NCBI GenBank assembly: GCA_919902675.1
Contig: CAKKRH010000030.1
Location: 1-41,880 of the forward strand
Origin: Omnitrophica bacterium GWA2_41_15
GTDB taxonomy: Bacteria; Omnitrophota; Gorgyraeia; Gygaellales; UBA12090
Direction of reading: 5' to 3'
DNA: 41,880 bases
The translations under genes and the position numbers were made by a program. The first letter of the stretch is position 1. Every line of letters begins with the position of its first letter. Shown here in pieces: positions 29,086-37,922 of this stretch. The notes under the pieces were generated by a model that made no database searches, was not told the origin of the DNA, and saw only the letters and a list, made by a program, of their open reading frames with translations.

Positions 29086-29784
29086 ATGTCTAATTATATT
29101 ATTGGTAAAAAAATAGGGATGACTCAGATTTACGATGAGTCGGGAAAGTTGACTCCGGTTACGGTAATTGAGGCCGGGCCATGTCCGATTCTTGCGGTTA
29201 AGGATAGGAATATTCAGATAGGTTTTGACGCGGTTAAAGAAAAAGCTTTAACTAAGCCTGTCCTAGGTATCTATAAAAAAGCCGGAGTAAGCCCGCGCAG
29301 GATGTTGAAAGAAGTCCCTAAGGTTTCCGGTCAAGAGTATGCGGTGGGAGGAGAGCTTAAGGTAGACATTTTTACTTTTGGCGAGAAAGTGGATGTTATT
29401 GGTGTTTCCATTGGTAAGGGTTTTCAGGGTGGGATGAAGCGCTGGCATTGGCAGGGCGGGCCTAAGACCCATGGTTCAACCAGTCATCGCCGGGTAGGCT
29501 CAATCGGTTCTAGCACCACTCCGGGAAGGGTCTTTAAGGGGCATCATATGCCGGGGCATATGGGAAATGAAAAGGTTACTGTCTTTGGCCTTAAGGTGGT
29601 AAAGGTAGACAGCGTGAATAATCTTTTGGCCTTAAAGGGCGCTGTGCCGGGGCCTAAAAATAATTATCTGGTTATCCGTAAGACTACTAAACATAAACGT
29701 CAGGTAATTAAGCCTATAATTGCCGAACAGAAGGCTGAGGCGGGAAAGAAAGACGCCAAGAAGCAGGCAGCGGCTAAGAAATAA
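29086..29784 (+). CDS. rplC: 50S ribosomal protein L3
   Basis: GKKIGMTQ, PVTVIEAGP, GKGFQG, HGSTSHRRVGSIG, KGAVPGP. Start at ATG 29086. Confidence 0.98.
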   Translation: MSNYIIGKKIGMTQIYDESGKLTPVTVIEAGPCPILAVKDRNIQIGFDAVKEKALTKPVLGIYKKAGVSPRRMLKEVPKVSGQEYAVGGELKVDIFTFGEKVDVIGVSIGKGFQGGMKRWHWQGGPKTHGSTSHRRVGSIGSSTTPGRVFKGHHMPGHMGNEKVTVFGLKVVKVDSVNNLLALKGAVPGPKNNYLVIRKTTKHKRQVIKPIIAEQKAEAGKKDAKKQAAAKK

Positions 29785-29880
29785 ATCAAATATCAAATAT
29801 TAAAATCTAAAATACAGACAAAAATTAAAATAAAATATCAAAATGCAAAAATCAAAAAGACAATCTAAAGACAAAAAAGA
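29782..29880 (+). repeat. Family E A-rich heptamer array (AAAWATC) overlapping the rplD start
   Basis: AAATATC AAATATT AAAATCT AAAATAC AGAC AAAAATT ... AAATATC AAAATGC AAAAATC AAAAAGAC. Confidence 0.65.
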
Positions 29881-30502
29881 CATATCGGAAACCATAGCGG
29901 TATACAATAACCAGGGTAAGAAGATTGAAGAGCTTCCTTCAATCTTTAATGGTCCGCTTAAGCCCGCGGTAGTATCGCAAGCCGTCACGATGTATCTGGC
30001 CAATCAAAGACACGGGTTGGCCTCTACCAAGACAATCGGCGAAGTTTCCGGCGGCGGCAAGAAGCCTTGGAAACAGAAGGGAACAGGCAGGGCCAGGGCC
30101 GGTTCAATCCGTTCACCCTTATGGAGGCACGGAGGTGTTGTTTTTGGCCCGCACCCGAAAGATTTTCATTATACCCTATCGGCAAAACTCAGGGATGCCG
30201 CTTTACGTTCAGTCTTGAACGAAAAAAACCTAAACGGCGATATATTAGTCCTGGAAAAATTAGAAATAGCAAGACCCAAAACCAGAGAGATAAAAAATTT
30301 ATTGGAGAGTCTAAATATAAAAGCAAAAACCCTTTTGGTTTTACCGAAAGCCGATCATAACCTGAAGCTCGCGATTAAGAATATGACGGACGTAGAGTCG
30401 GTATTGGCGCAAGGCCTGAACGCGCTTGATTGCCTTAAAGCCGGAAAGATTATTTTCTCAAAAGAATCTTTAGAGTTATTGAAAAAACGGTTAGAAAAAT
30501 AA
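29843..30502 (+). CDS. rplD: 50S ribosomal protein L4
   Basis: EVSGGGKKPWKQKGTGRARAGSIRSPLWRHGGVVFGP. Confidence 0.98.
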   Translation: MQKSKRQSKDKKDISETIAVYNNQGKKIEELPSIFNGPLKPAVVSQAVTMYLANQRHGLASTKTIGEVSGGGKKPWKQKGTGRARAGSIRSPLWRHGGVVFGPHPKDFHYTLSAKLRDAALRSVLNEKNLNGDILVLEKLEIARPKTREIKNLLESLNIKAKTLLVLPKADHNLKLAIKNMTDVESVLAQGLNALDCLKAGKIIFSKESLELLKKRLEK

Positions 30503-30510
30503 TTAAAAAT

Positions 30511-30798
30511 ATGATGACAAATACTAATTCGTATGATATAATTAAAACTTTGTTACGCACAGAGAAATCAACTCAGTTAGAGCCAGCGAGAAAATATTTA
30601 TTTCTCGTCGATAAAAAAGCGAATAAGGTTCAAATAAAAAAAGCGGTTGAAGAAATTTATAAGGTGAAGGTTTCTTCGGTAAACACAAAGATATCTCCCG
30701 GGAAGCTGCGGGTGGTGCGCCGCGAGGCCGGTTATGAACCGGATAAAAAGACAGCCCTGGTTACCTTAAAAGAAGGCAATAAAATAGAAACTACGTAA
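30511..30798 (+). CDS. rplW: 50S ribosomal protein L23
   Basis: TEKS, ANKVQIKKAVEEIYKVKVSSVNT, KKTALVTLKEG. Confidence 0.96.
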   Translation: MMTNTNSYDIIKTLLRTEKSTQLEPARKYLFLVDKKANKVQIKKAVEEIYKVKVSSVNTKISPGKLRVVRREAGYEPDKKTALVTLKEGNKIETT

Positions 30799-30837
30799 AG
30801 TTTAGTTGAATAAGATATTAAGCGAGAACCAAAAATC

Positions 30838-30986
30838 AAACACTAAATCCTAAACCATAAACTCTAAACAAACTCAAAATGTCGAAAACACAAAACACAA
30901 AAACAGAAAAAAGTAATATAAATATTTCGCGTTTTGAGTTTATGATTTTGAGTTTGTTTAGGGTTTAGAATTTAGAGTTTGAGTTT
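30838..30986. repeat. Family A element, copy 6
   Basis: AAACACT AAATCCT AAACCAT AAACTCT AAACAAACTCAAA ... AAAACA-N24-CGTTTT ... TTTGAGTTTGTTTAG GGTTT AGAATTT AGAGTTT. Confidence 0.9.
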
Positions 30987-31016
30987 TTTTAATAATAATT
31001 CTAAAGAGTAATAGAA

Positions 31017-31850
31017 ATGGGTATAAAAAAACATAAGCCGACAACACCGAGTTTAAGGTGGACGCATACATCGGATTTCCAAGAGTTAACCGCTCAGAAG
31101 CCGCATAAGCCGTTATTGAGACCGCTGAAGAAAAGCGGAGGAAGAAATGTCTACGGCAGGATAACTGTTCGCCATCACGGCGGCGGCCACAAGAGGATGT
31201 ATCGCTTGATTGATTTTAAGCGCGACCGGCTTGATGAGTTTGCCACGGTTTTAACTATTGAGTATGATCCTAACCGTTCAGGCAGAATAATGTTAATTGA
31301 ATATCCGGATCACCAAAAAAGGTATTGTATCGCTCCGTTAGAAACAAAGGTTGGGGATAAGGTCATAAGTTCCTATAAGCCTGATATAGAAATAAAGCCG
31401 GGCAATTGCCTTTCTTTAAGGCATATTCCTTTAGGGGTTCCTATCCATAATCTTGAACTTGCCAAAGGAAAAGGCGGCCAGATAGTCAGGAGCGCGGGAA
31501 ACCTGGCCAATATTACGGCAAAAGAAGGCGATATGGCCCAGGTGAGGCTTCCCTCCGGAGAGGTAAGGTTTATTAATTTAGACTGCCGGGCTACTGTCGG
31601 GCAGGTTTCTAATATAGATCATGAGTCTTTAGTCATAGGTAAGGCAGGCAGAAGCCGCTGGCTGGGAATACGGCCTACTGTTAGGGGTTTGGCAATGAAT
31701 CCGGTTGACCATCCGCATGGCGGCGGTGAAGGTAAATCCGGCCAAGGAAATCCTCATCCGGTTACTCCCTGGGGCAAACCAACAAAAGGTTTCAAAACCC
31801 GCAATAAGAACAAATATTCAAATAAATTCATCGCCAAAAAAAGAAAATAG
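31017..31850 (+). CDS. rplB: 50S ribosomal protein L2
   Basis: [30 protein letters not shown]. Confidence 0.99.
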   Translation: MGIKKHKPTTPSLRWTHTSDFQELTAQKPHKPLLRPLKKSGGRNVYGRITVRHHGGGHKRMYRLIDFKRDRLDEFATVLTIEYDPNRSGRIMLIEYPDHQKRYCIAPLETKVGDKVISSYKPDIEIKPGNCLSLRHIPLGVPIHNLELAKGKGGQIVRSAGNLANITAKEGDMAQVRLPSGEVRFINLDCRATVGQVSNIDHESLVIGKAGRSRWLGIRPTVRGLAMNPVDHPHGGGEGKSGQGNPHPVTPWGKPTKGFKTRNKNKYSNKFIAKKRK

Positions 31851-31886
31851 GCTAGCGCGTAGTAAACAGTAAAAAACATATTTCTC

Positions 31887-31914
31887 TTAACTGTTCACTG
31901 TGAACCGTTAACTA
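31887..31914 (-). repeat. Family B heptamer array, inverted
   Basis: Reverse complement reads T AGTTAAC GGTTCAC AGTGAAC AGTTAA. Confidence 0.75.
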
Positions 31915-31936
31915 TCTGAAGCGAAGCGAGGATGTA

Positions 31937-32224
31937 ATGCCGAGATCATTAAAAAAGGGTCCATATATAGACCTAAAGTTATTAAAAAAGGTAGAAAAAA
32001 CAAGGTCCAGCGGTTCACGTCTGCCGATTAAGACTTGGTCCAGGCGTTCTACCATAAGTCCGGATTTTGTGGGTTTAACTATTGCCGTGCATGATGGAAG
32101 AAGGCACATTCCGGTATTTATCGTGGAGAATATGGTGGGGCATAAATTAGGAGAGTTTGCTCCCAGCAGAATTTTCAGGAAACATGGCGGCGTAAAGGCC
32201 AAGAAGGCCGCGGAAAAAACATAA
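31937..32224 (+). CDS. rpsS: 30S ribosomal protein S19
   Basis: [27 protein letters not shown]. Confidence 0.99.
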   Translation: MPRSLKKGPYIDLKLLKKVEKTRSSGSRLPIKTWSRRSTISPDFVGLTIAVHDGRRHIPVFIVENMVGHKLGEFAPSRIFRKHGGVKAKKAAEKT

Positions 32225-32225
32225 A

Positions 32226-32561
32226 ATGTTAGTAAAAGCAAGCGCTAAATTTATAAGGATATCACCCAGCCGTCTTCGAGAGGTAATGGATTGCGTGCGG
32301 GGAAAGAGCGTGATAGAGGCCGAAGGAATTTTGCTTAATATTGGTAAGCGCGCCAAGGGATATATTCAAAAGGTTTTAAAATCAGCGGCGGCTAACGCCA
32401 AGGTCAAGGGTTTTTCTCCGGAACAGTTATATATCTCTAAAATTAACGCTGACGCCGGTCCGATGTGGAAGAGATTTAAGGCAGCGGCTTTTGGCCGGGC
32501 ATCAAAGATACTCAAACGCACTAGCCATATTAATATAGAACTGGATCTTAAAAATAAATAA
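32226..32561 (+). CDS. rplV: 50S ribosomal protein L22
   Basis: RISP, SAAANA, GRASKILKRTSHI. Confidence 0.97.
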   Translation: MLVKASAKFIRISPSRLREVMDCVRGKSVIEAEGILLNIGKRAKGYIQKVLKSAAANAKVKGFSPEQLYISKINADAGPMWKRFKAAAFGRASKILKRTSHINIELDLKNK

Positions 32562-32573
32562 GATAATGGGCTT

Positions 32574-32706
32574 AAACTCTAAACCCGAAATCCTAAACTC
32601 TAAACAAACTCAAAACCATAAACACAAAACTCAAAACATGTGTTTTGGATTTAGGATTTTAGCTTTTGGGTTTGTTTAGGATTTAGAGTTTAGGATTTAG
32701 GGTTTA
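32574..32706. repeat. Family A element, copy 7 (133 bp; inverted copy of 3955-4087)
   Basis: Matches the reverse complement of 3955-4087 at 128/133 positions with no gaps (manual alignment). Confidence 0.93.
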
Positions 32707-32755
32707 ATTAACAGAGTTTGCTTTAAATAATGTAGTTTACGGTAAGTGAGGGCAC

Positions 32756-33466
32756 ATGGGACATAAAGTAAGTCCGTTATTATTAAGAATAGGTTATATT
32801 GAAAATTGGCGCAGTAATTGGTTTGCCAAGAAACGGGATTATCCTAAATTTATCCAGCAGGATTATGAGATCCGTAAGCTTATAAAGAAGCGTTTTAAGC
32901 AGGCATCTGTTTCCAAGATTATAATAGAGCGGCTTTCAGATAAGCTTAAGATAAAAATACATTCCGCGCGGCCCGGATTAATTATCGGCAGGCATGGACA
33001 GGATATTGAAAGGCTGCGCCAGGATATATTGGCTTTGATTAAGCAGGAAATAACCATTGATATAGTTGAAGTTAAAAATCCCGCTATTGACGCTCAACTG
33101 GTTTCTGAGAATGTCGCTCTCCAGCTTGAGAAAAGAATCGCGTTTCGCCGGGCGATGAAGAGGTCGATTGAGCAGGCCCTGGGAGCGGGAGCAAAGGGTA
33201 TTAAGATTTCGGCTTCAGGACGGCTCGGAGGAGCCGAGATTGCCAGAACCGAGGGTTATCGGCAGGGTAAATTGCCGCTATCCACTCTAAGGGCGGAGAT
33301 TGACTATGGATTTAGCGAGTCGCTTACAACTTACGGGCTTATCGGAGTTAAAGTTTGGATATACAAAGGAGAGGTGTTTAATCCCTCCAAAGTTAAGGCG
33401 ATTATTCCTAAAACAGAAGAATTAAAACGAGATACCGAGGTGGTTAAAAATGCCGTTAATGCCTAA
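32756..33466 (+). CDS. rpsC: 30S ribosomal protein S3
   Basis: MGHKVSP, ARPGLIIG, GRLGGAEIAR, YGLIGVKVWIY. Confidence 0.99.
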   Translation: MGHKVSPLLLRIGYIENWRSNWFAKKRDYPKFIQQDYEIRKLIKKRFKQASVSKIIIERLSDKLKIKIHSARPGLIIGRHGQDIERLRQDILALIKQEITIDIVEVKNPAIDAQLVSENVALQLEKRIAFRRAMKRSIEQALGAGAKGIKISASGRLGGAEIARTEGYRQGKLPLSTLRAEIDYGFSESLTTYGLIGVKVWIYKGEVFNPSKVKAIIPKTEELKRDTEVVKNAVNA

Positions 33467-33863
33467 GAGAGTAAAGTTCCGCAAGACTCAAAGAGGCGCC
33501 CGGGATGGCGTATCTACCCGGGGGTCAGAACTTAATTTCGGCGAGTATGGTTTAAAGGCCTTGGAGAACGGCTGGTTAAAAAATAATCAGCTTGAAGCTA
33601 TTCGCGTAGTTCTGGCCAGGAGGCTGCATGGCGGAGGTAAGATGTGGTTGAGGGTTTTTCCGCATAAATCCGTTACCAAGAAACCGGCGGAAACCCGCCA
33701 GGGAAAAGGCAAAGGCGATCTCGATCATTGGGTGGCGGTAGTTAAAAGAGGCAGAATCCTGGTTGAGTTAGGCGGGGTGCCTGAGGCTATTGCCCATGAA
33801 GCCTTCAGGATGTGCGCCTATAAATTGCCGTTTTCGGTAAAGCTTGTTAAGAGAGCGCATTGA
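33450..33863 (+). CDS. rplP: 50S ribosomal protein L16
   Basis: LMPKRVKFRK, FGEYGLKALE, TKKPAETRQGKGKG. Confidence 0.99.
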   Translation: MPLMPKRVKFRKTQRGARDGVSTRGSELNFGEYGLKALENGWLKNNQLEAIRVVLARRLHGGGKMWLRVFPHKSVTKKPAETRQGKGKGDLDHWVAVVKRGRILVELGGVPEAIAHEAFRMCAYKLPFSVKLVKRAH

Positions 33864-33890
33864 AAGTAAAAAGTTAAAAGGTAAAAGAAA

Positions 33891-34082
33891 ATGAAGTTTA
33901 AAGACATATCAAGCTTAGGCCAGCAGGAATTAATAGAAAAAGAAAAAGCCCTGAAGGAAGAGCTTTATAAATTAAATTACCAGCGTTATAGCGGGAGGGT
34001 GGAAAAACCGCATAACTTTTCTTTAATCAAGAAAGATGTTGCCAGGATAAAGACCGCGATAAGGCAGATTCGTAAACCATAA
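33891..34082 (+). CDS. rpmC: 50S ribosomal protein L29
   Basis: [17 protein letters not shown]; position between rplP and rpsQ. Confidence 0.95.
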   Translation: MKFKDISSLGQQELIEKEKALKEELYKLNYQRYSGRVEKPHNFSLIKKDVARIKTAIRQIRKP

Positions 34083-34084
34083 CT

Positions 34085-34112
34085 GTAGAGACGCACGGCC
34101 GTGCGTCTCTAC
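34085..34112. repeat. GTAG-type REP-like perfect 28-bp palindrome
   Basis: GTAGAGACGCACGGCCGTGCGTCTCTAC equals its own reverse complement. Confidence 0.85.
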
Positions 34113-34122
34113 CCATAAAAAT

Positions 34123-34380
34123 ATGTCAGAAAACAGAAGAAAGATAAGAGTGGGAACGGTAGTCAGTGATAAAATGAAAAAGACTATTGTGGTTAAAACC
34201 GAAAGAATAACCAGGCATCCGCTGTATAAAAAGATCATTAAAAGATACGCGAAGTTCAAGGCCCACGACGAGAATAACAGCGCTAAAATCGGCGACAAGG
34301 TAAGGATCATCGAAAGCCGTCCGCTGTCCAAAGAAAAACGCTGGCGATTGGTTGAGATAATTGAAAAGGCGAAGCTATGA
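34123..34380 (+). CDS. rpsQ: 30S ribosomal protein S17
   Basis: [33 protein letters not shown]. Confidence 0.99.
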   Translation: MSENRRKIRVGTVVSDKMKKTIVVKTERITRHPLYKKIIKRYAKFKAHDENNSAKIGDKVRIIESRPLSKEKRWRLVEIIEKAKL

Positions 34381-34745
34381 TATACATGAAGACAATTTTG
34401 GATGTCGCGGACAATACCGGCGCCAAGAAGGCATCAATGATAGGCGTATCCGGCAAGAAGAATTGCCGCTTTGCCGGCATTGCCGATGTAATTACGGTTA
34501 ATATTAAAGAATCCGCTCCGAACGCCGCCGTAAAAAAGGGTGAAAAGGCCAAGGCGGTTATTGTCAGGACCACCAAGGCGATAAAGCGTCCGGACGGTTC
34601 TTACTTAAGGTTTGACCGTAATGCCGCGGTGATTGTGGATGTCCAGGGTAATCCCAGAGGCACCCGTGTTTTCGGGCCGGTAGCCAGGGAATTGCGGGAT
34701 AGAAATTTTATGAAGATTGTTTCTTTGGCCCCTGAAGTTATTTAA
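34377..34745 (+). CDS. rplN: 50S ribosomal protein L14
   Basis: [30 protein letters not shown]. Confidence 0.99.
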   Translation: MIYMKTILDVADNTGAKKASMIGVSGKKNCRFAGIADVITVNIKESAPNAAVKKGEKAKAVIVRTTKAIKRPDGSYLRFDRNAAVIVDVQGNPRGTRVFGPVARELRDRNFMKIVSLAPEVI

Positions 34746-34797
34746 CACGGATATGCGCAGGTAAAGAATTCGTACTATTTTTTGCCTAAAAAAGAAA

Positions 34798-35109
34798 ATG
34801 CTAAGAATAAAAAAGAACGACATAGTGATGGTAACTTCCGGGAAGGACAAGGGTAAGACAGGTAAGATTGTCCGCGTTTTTGCCCAGGAGTGCCGGGTTT
34901 TAGTTGAAGGGATAAACCTGGTGAAGAAGCATGTGCGTAGGACCCGGGAAGACCAAAAAGGCGGGGTTATTCAGATTGAGAGGCCGATTTCTGTTTCTAA
35001 TGTTATGCCTTTTTGTAAAAATTGCAACCGCCCGGTAAGAATAGGTGTTAATATAAATAAGGATACTACTAAATCGAGAATTTGTAGAAGGTGTAAACAA
35101 AATATATGA
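34798..35109 (+). CDS. rplX: 50S ribosomal protein L24 (with CxxC...CxxC)
   Basis: GKDKGKTG, VEGINLVKKH, ISVSNV; CKNC and CRRC. Confidence 0.98.
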   Translation: MLRIKKNDIVMVTSGKDKGKTGKIVRVFAQECRVLVEGINLVKKHVRRTREDQKGGVIQIERPISVSNVMPFCKNCNRPVRIGVNINKDTTKSRICRRCKQNI

Positions 35110-35651
35110 TACCCAATCTATTAGAAAAATACCGTAAAGAAATTGTGCCCCAGATGCAAGAGAAATTCGGATATAAAAGTCCGATGCAGGTTCCGGCGAT
35201 TAAAAAAGTGGTAGTTAACATGGGGGTGGGGGAGGCGATTGCTGATGTCAAAATCCTGGATAAGGCCCAGGAGGAGCTGGCTATGATTACCGGGCAAAAG
35301 CCGATTAGGCGCTCTGCCAAGGCCGCGATCGCTAATTTTAAGACCAGAGAGGGTGTACCTGTCGGCTGCAAGGTAACCTTAAGAAACAGGATGATGTATG
35401 AATTTCTGGATAGGTTAATTAACGCTACCTTGCCTCGAATCAGGGATTTTAGAGGCATTCCGGCAAATTCTTTTGACCGGCAGGGCAACTATAGCATGGG
35501 ATTAAAAGATCAAAGCGTATTTCCGGAGATAGATATAGACAGGCTTCCCCGGGTTCAGGGTATGGATATTACCATAGTAACCAGCGCTCGCGATAGTAAG
35601 GAGGCATACGAGCTGTTGAAGTTGTTTGGTATGCCTTTTCAGGCAAAATAA
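35106..35651 (+). CDS. rplE: 50S ribosomal protein L5
   Basis: KVVVNMGVGE, ITGQKP, LPRIRDFRG, GMDITIVT. Confidence 0.99.
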   Translation: MIPNLLEKYRKEIVPQMQEKFGYKSPMQVPAIKKVVVNMGVGEAIADVKILDKAQEELAMITGQKPIRRSAKAAIANFKTREGVPVGCKVTLRNRMMYEFLDRLINATLPRIRDFRGIPANSFDRQGNYSMGLKDQSVFPEIDIDRLPRVQGMDITIVTSARDSKEAYELLKLFGMPFQAK

Positions 35652-35672
35652 TAAAATCTGATAAGAGGCTTT

Positions 35673-35858
35673 ATGGCAAAACAATCACAAATAGCAAGAT
35701 GGAAGCGGCCGGCAAAATTCTCAACCCGTAAATACAACCGTTGTTATGTCTGTGGCCGTTCAGGCGGCTATCTTCAAAGATTTCAGTTGTGCAGGTTATG
35801 TTTCAGGGAAATGGTTTGGAAAGGGTTGATCCCGGGGGTAAAGAAGGCAAGTTGGTAG
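35673..35858 (+). CDS. rpsN: 30S ribosomal protein S14, short Zn-binding (type Z) form
   Basis: 61 aa, RCYVCGR...[17 protein letters not shown]. Confidence 0.98.
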   Translation: MAKQSQIARWKRPAKFSTRKYNRCYVCGRSGGYLQRFQLCRLCFREMVWKGLIPGVKKASW

Positions 35859-35862
35859 CATT

Positions 35863-35942
35863 TTGAGTTCATTGAGTTTGTCGAGTGCATTGAGTTTATT
35901 GAGTTGAATCAAAATAACCCGATAAACTCAAGTAACTCAATA
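35863..35942. repeat. Family C 9-mer palindrome
   Basis: TTGAGTTCA TTGAGTTTG TCGAGTGCA TTGAGTTTA TTGAGTT GAATCAAAAT AACCCGATA AACTCAAGT AACTCAATA. Confidence 0.85.
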
Positions 35943-35953
35943 GACAGGAGTAT

Positions 35954-36355
35954 ATGGCAAGCACAGATCCAATAGCAGATATGTTGACCGTGATTCGCAA
36001 CGCGGTAATGGCGCGTAAAGATTCTACGATAACCACGGCATCTAAGATAAACAGGGCTGTTTTAGAGATATTAAAGGCCGAGGGATATATTGAAAATTTT
36101 AAAGAGCAGGCGGCACTGAGCGCGGCTAAAACAATCAAAGTGTATTTAAAGTATAACTCTGATAAGAAACCGCTTGTGAAAGGTTTAAAGAGGGTTTCTC
36201 GCCCGGGTTTAAGGGTTTACGCTAATGCCGCCAAAATACCTTTTGTGCTAAGAGGGTTTGGCCGGGCGATAATTTCCACATCCCGCGGTTTAATGATTGA
36301 TAAAGAGGCCAGAAAGCAAAAATTAGGCGGAGAAGTCATTTGTTATGTATGGTAA
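35954..36355 (+). CDS. rpsH: 30S ribosomal protein S8
   Basis: DPIADML, RVSRPGLRVY, ISTSRG, GGEVICYVW. Confidence 0.99.
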   Translation: MASTDPIADMLTVIRNAVMARKDSTITTASKINRAVLEILKAEGYIENFKEQAALSAAKTIKVYLKYNSDKKPLVKGLKRVSRPGLRVYANAAKIPFVLRGFGRAIISTSRGLMIDKEARKQKLGGEVICYVW

Positions 36356-36360
36356 TTAGT

Positions 36361-36470
36361 TGTTTGAGTTAATTGAGTCTATTGCGTTATCGAGTTAAAT
36401 TCAAGAATAACTCAACAAACTCAACAAACTCAACAAACTCAACAAACTCAACAAACTCAACAAACTCAAA
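36361..36470. repeat. Family C 9-mer palindrome with expanded right arm, (AACTCAACA)x6 + partial
   Basis: Left arm TTGAGTTAA TTGAGTCTA TTGCGTTA TCGAGTTA; perfect tandem 36409-36462 plus AACTCAA to 36469. Confidence 0.92.
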
Positions 36471-36472
36471 TT

Positions 36473-37012
36473 ATGTCACGGATTGGAAAAAAAATAATAA
36501 CAGCAGTACCGGGGGTTAAGGTTACCGTAGTTGACGGTGAGGTTTCTGTGGAGGCACAGAAGGGAATGCTTAAATTCAAGATTCCCGGAAGGATAAGCTG
36601 TGAAGTCAAAGACGGCCAGGTCTTGATAAAATCTCCTTCAAACAGCATTGAAGATAAATCTTTACATGGCCTGACGCGCAGTATTATCGCCAATATGATT
36701 ACCGGCGTATCCGTCGGGTATACAAAAGAATTGGAAATTCAAGGCGTGGGTTTTCGCGCGGCGAGCGCGGGTAATATTTTGACTTTAATCATGGGTTTTT
36801 CTCATCCGGTTAGTTTTCCTATCCCCGCGGATATTAAGATTGAGACGCCAAAACCAACCCAGATTGTTGTCAGGGGTATTGATAAGCAGAGGGTTGGCGA
36901 GACGGCGGCACAGATACGCAGGGTATATCCTCCCGAGCCTTATAAGGGAAAAGGTATCCGCTATCAGGGTGAAATAGTGCGTAGAAAGGTCGGAAAATCC
37001 ACGACCAAATAA
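36473..37012 (+). CDS. rplF: 50S ribosomal protein L6
   Basis: MSRIGKK, GVGFRA, GFSHP, PEPYKGKGIRY. Confidence 0.99.
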   Translation: MSRIGKKIITAVPGVKVTVVDGEVSVEAQKGMLKFKIPGRISCEVKDGQVLIKSPSNSIEDKSLHGLTRSIIANMITGVSVGYTKELEIQGVGFRAASAGNILTLIMGFSHPVSFPIPADIKIETPKPTQIVVRGIDKQRVGETAAQIRRVYPPEPYKGKGIRYQGEIVRRKVGKSTTK

Positions 37013-37014
37013 TT

Positions 37015-37043
37015 CAAATATCAAAAATAAAATATCAAAATGC
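37015..37043 (+). repeat. Family E A-rich heptamer array overlapping the rplR start
   Basis: C AAATATC AAAAATA AAATATC AAAATGC; 37024-37043 identical to 29827-29846. Confidence 0.65.
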
Positions 37044-37402
37044 GAAATACTAAAGAAACAAAAAGAACAGCCCGCCATGTCAGGATAAGGAAGAAGTTGC
37101 GCGGAGTATCAAATCGTCCCCGGCTTTGCGTGCATCGCAGCCTGAAGAATATGCAGGCTCAGCTTGTGGATGACGTTAAGTCCGTTACTATTTTATCTTT
37201 ATCCACGTTGGCTAAAGAGGTGAAGGAAAAAAATTCTTTCGGAGGAAATATCAAGGCGGCGCAAGCGTTAGGTGAAGCCCTTGCCGTTTTAGCGGTAAAA
37301 AAAGGCATCCAAGAGATTATCTTTGACAGATGCGGTTATGTCTATCATGGAAGAGTCAAGGCCCTTGCCGAGGCTTTGCGTAAAGGAGGGTTAGTTTTTT
37401 AA
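37040..37402 (+). CDS. rplR: 50S ribosomal protein L18
   Basis: [26 protein letters not shown]. Confidence 0.98.
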   Translation: MRNTKETKRTARHVRIRKKLRGVSNRPRLCVHRSLKNMQAQLVDDVKSVTILSLSTLAKEVKEKNSFGGNIKAAQALGEALAVLAVKKGIQEIIFDRCGYVYHGRVKALAEALRKGGLVF

Positions 37403-37404
37403 GC

Positions 37405-37917
37405 ATGGATTACAAGAGAAGAGAAGCTTCGGAGTTTGTGGAAAAGGTTATTAGCATTAACCGTATCACCAAGGTTACCAAGGGAGGCAAGAAAATGTCT
37501 TTTAGCGCCCTGATAGTGCTGGGTGATCCCGTTAAGGGGCGCGTAGGATATGCCTTAGGTAAGGCTAATGAGGTGGCTGATGCCATACGTAAGGGCCTGT
37601 ATCACGCCAAGAAGAACCTTTTTAAGATTAACCTCAAAGGCACGAGTATTCCCCATGAAGTGATGGGACGATACGGAGCGGCAAAGGTTTTGTTGAAACC
37701 CGCCTCCGAAGGCACCGGAGTTATTGCCGCGGGTTCAGTCAGGGCGGTCTGTGAGGCTGTGGGCATAAGAGATATTCTGGCTAAATCCCTTAAATCCAAT
37801 AATCCCATAAATGTGGTGAAAGCCACGGTAGAAGGCCTTAGGCAGTTAATAAAGGTCGATATTGAAGCGAAAGGCTGTTCGCCACAAGCGGCTGAGGAAA
37901 CAGCAGAAAGTAAATAA
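37405..37917 (+). CDS. rpsE: 30S ribosomal protein S5
   Basis: [36 protein letters not shown]. Confidence 0.99.
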   Translation: MDYKRREASEFVEKVISINRITKVTKGGKKMSFSALIVLGDPVKGRVGYALGKANEVADAIRKGLYHAKKNLFKINLKGTSIPHEVMGRYGAAKVLLKPASEGTGVIAAGSVRAVCEAVGIRDILAKSLKSNNPINVVKATVEGLRQLIKVDIEAKGCSPQAAEETAESK

Positions 37918-37922
37918 TTAAA

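Noticed and set aside
3955-32706. Family A hairpins as ordinary rho-independent terminators
   Set aside because: Stems are long, AT-rich and imperfect with no GC-rich cap plus U-tract, and they lie within normally co-transcribed operons (rplW-rplB, rplV-rpsC).
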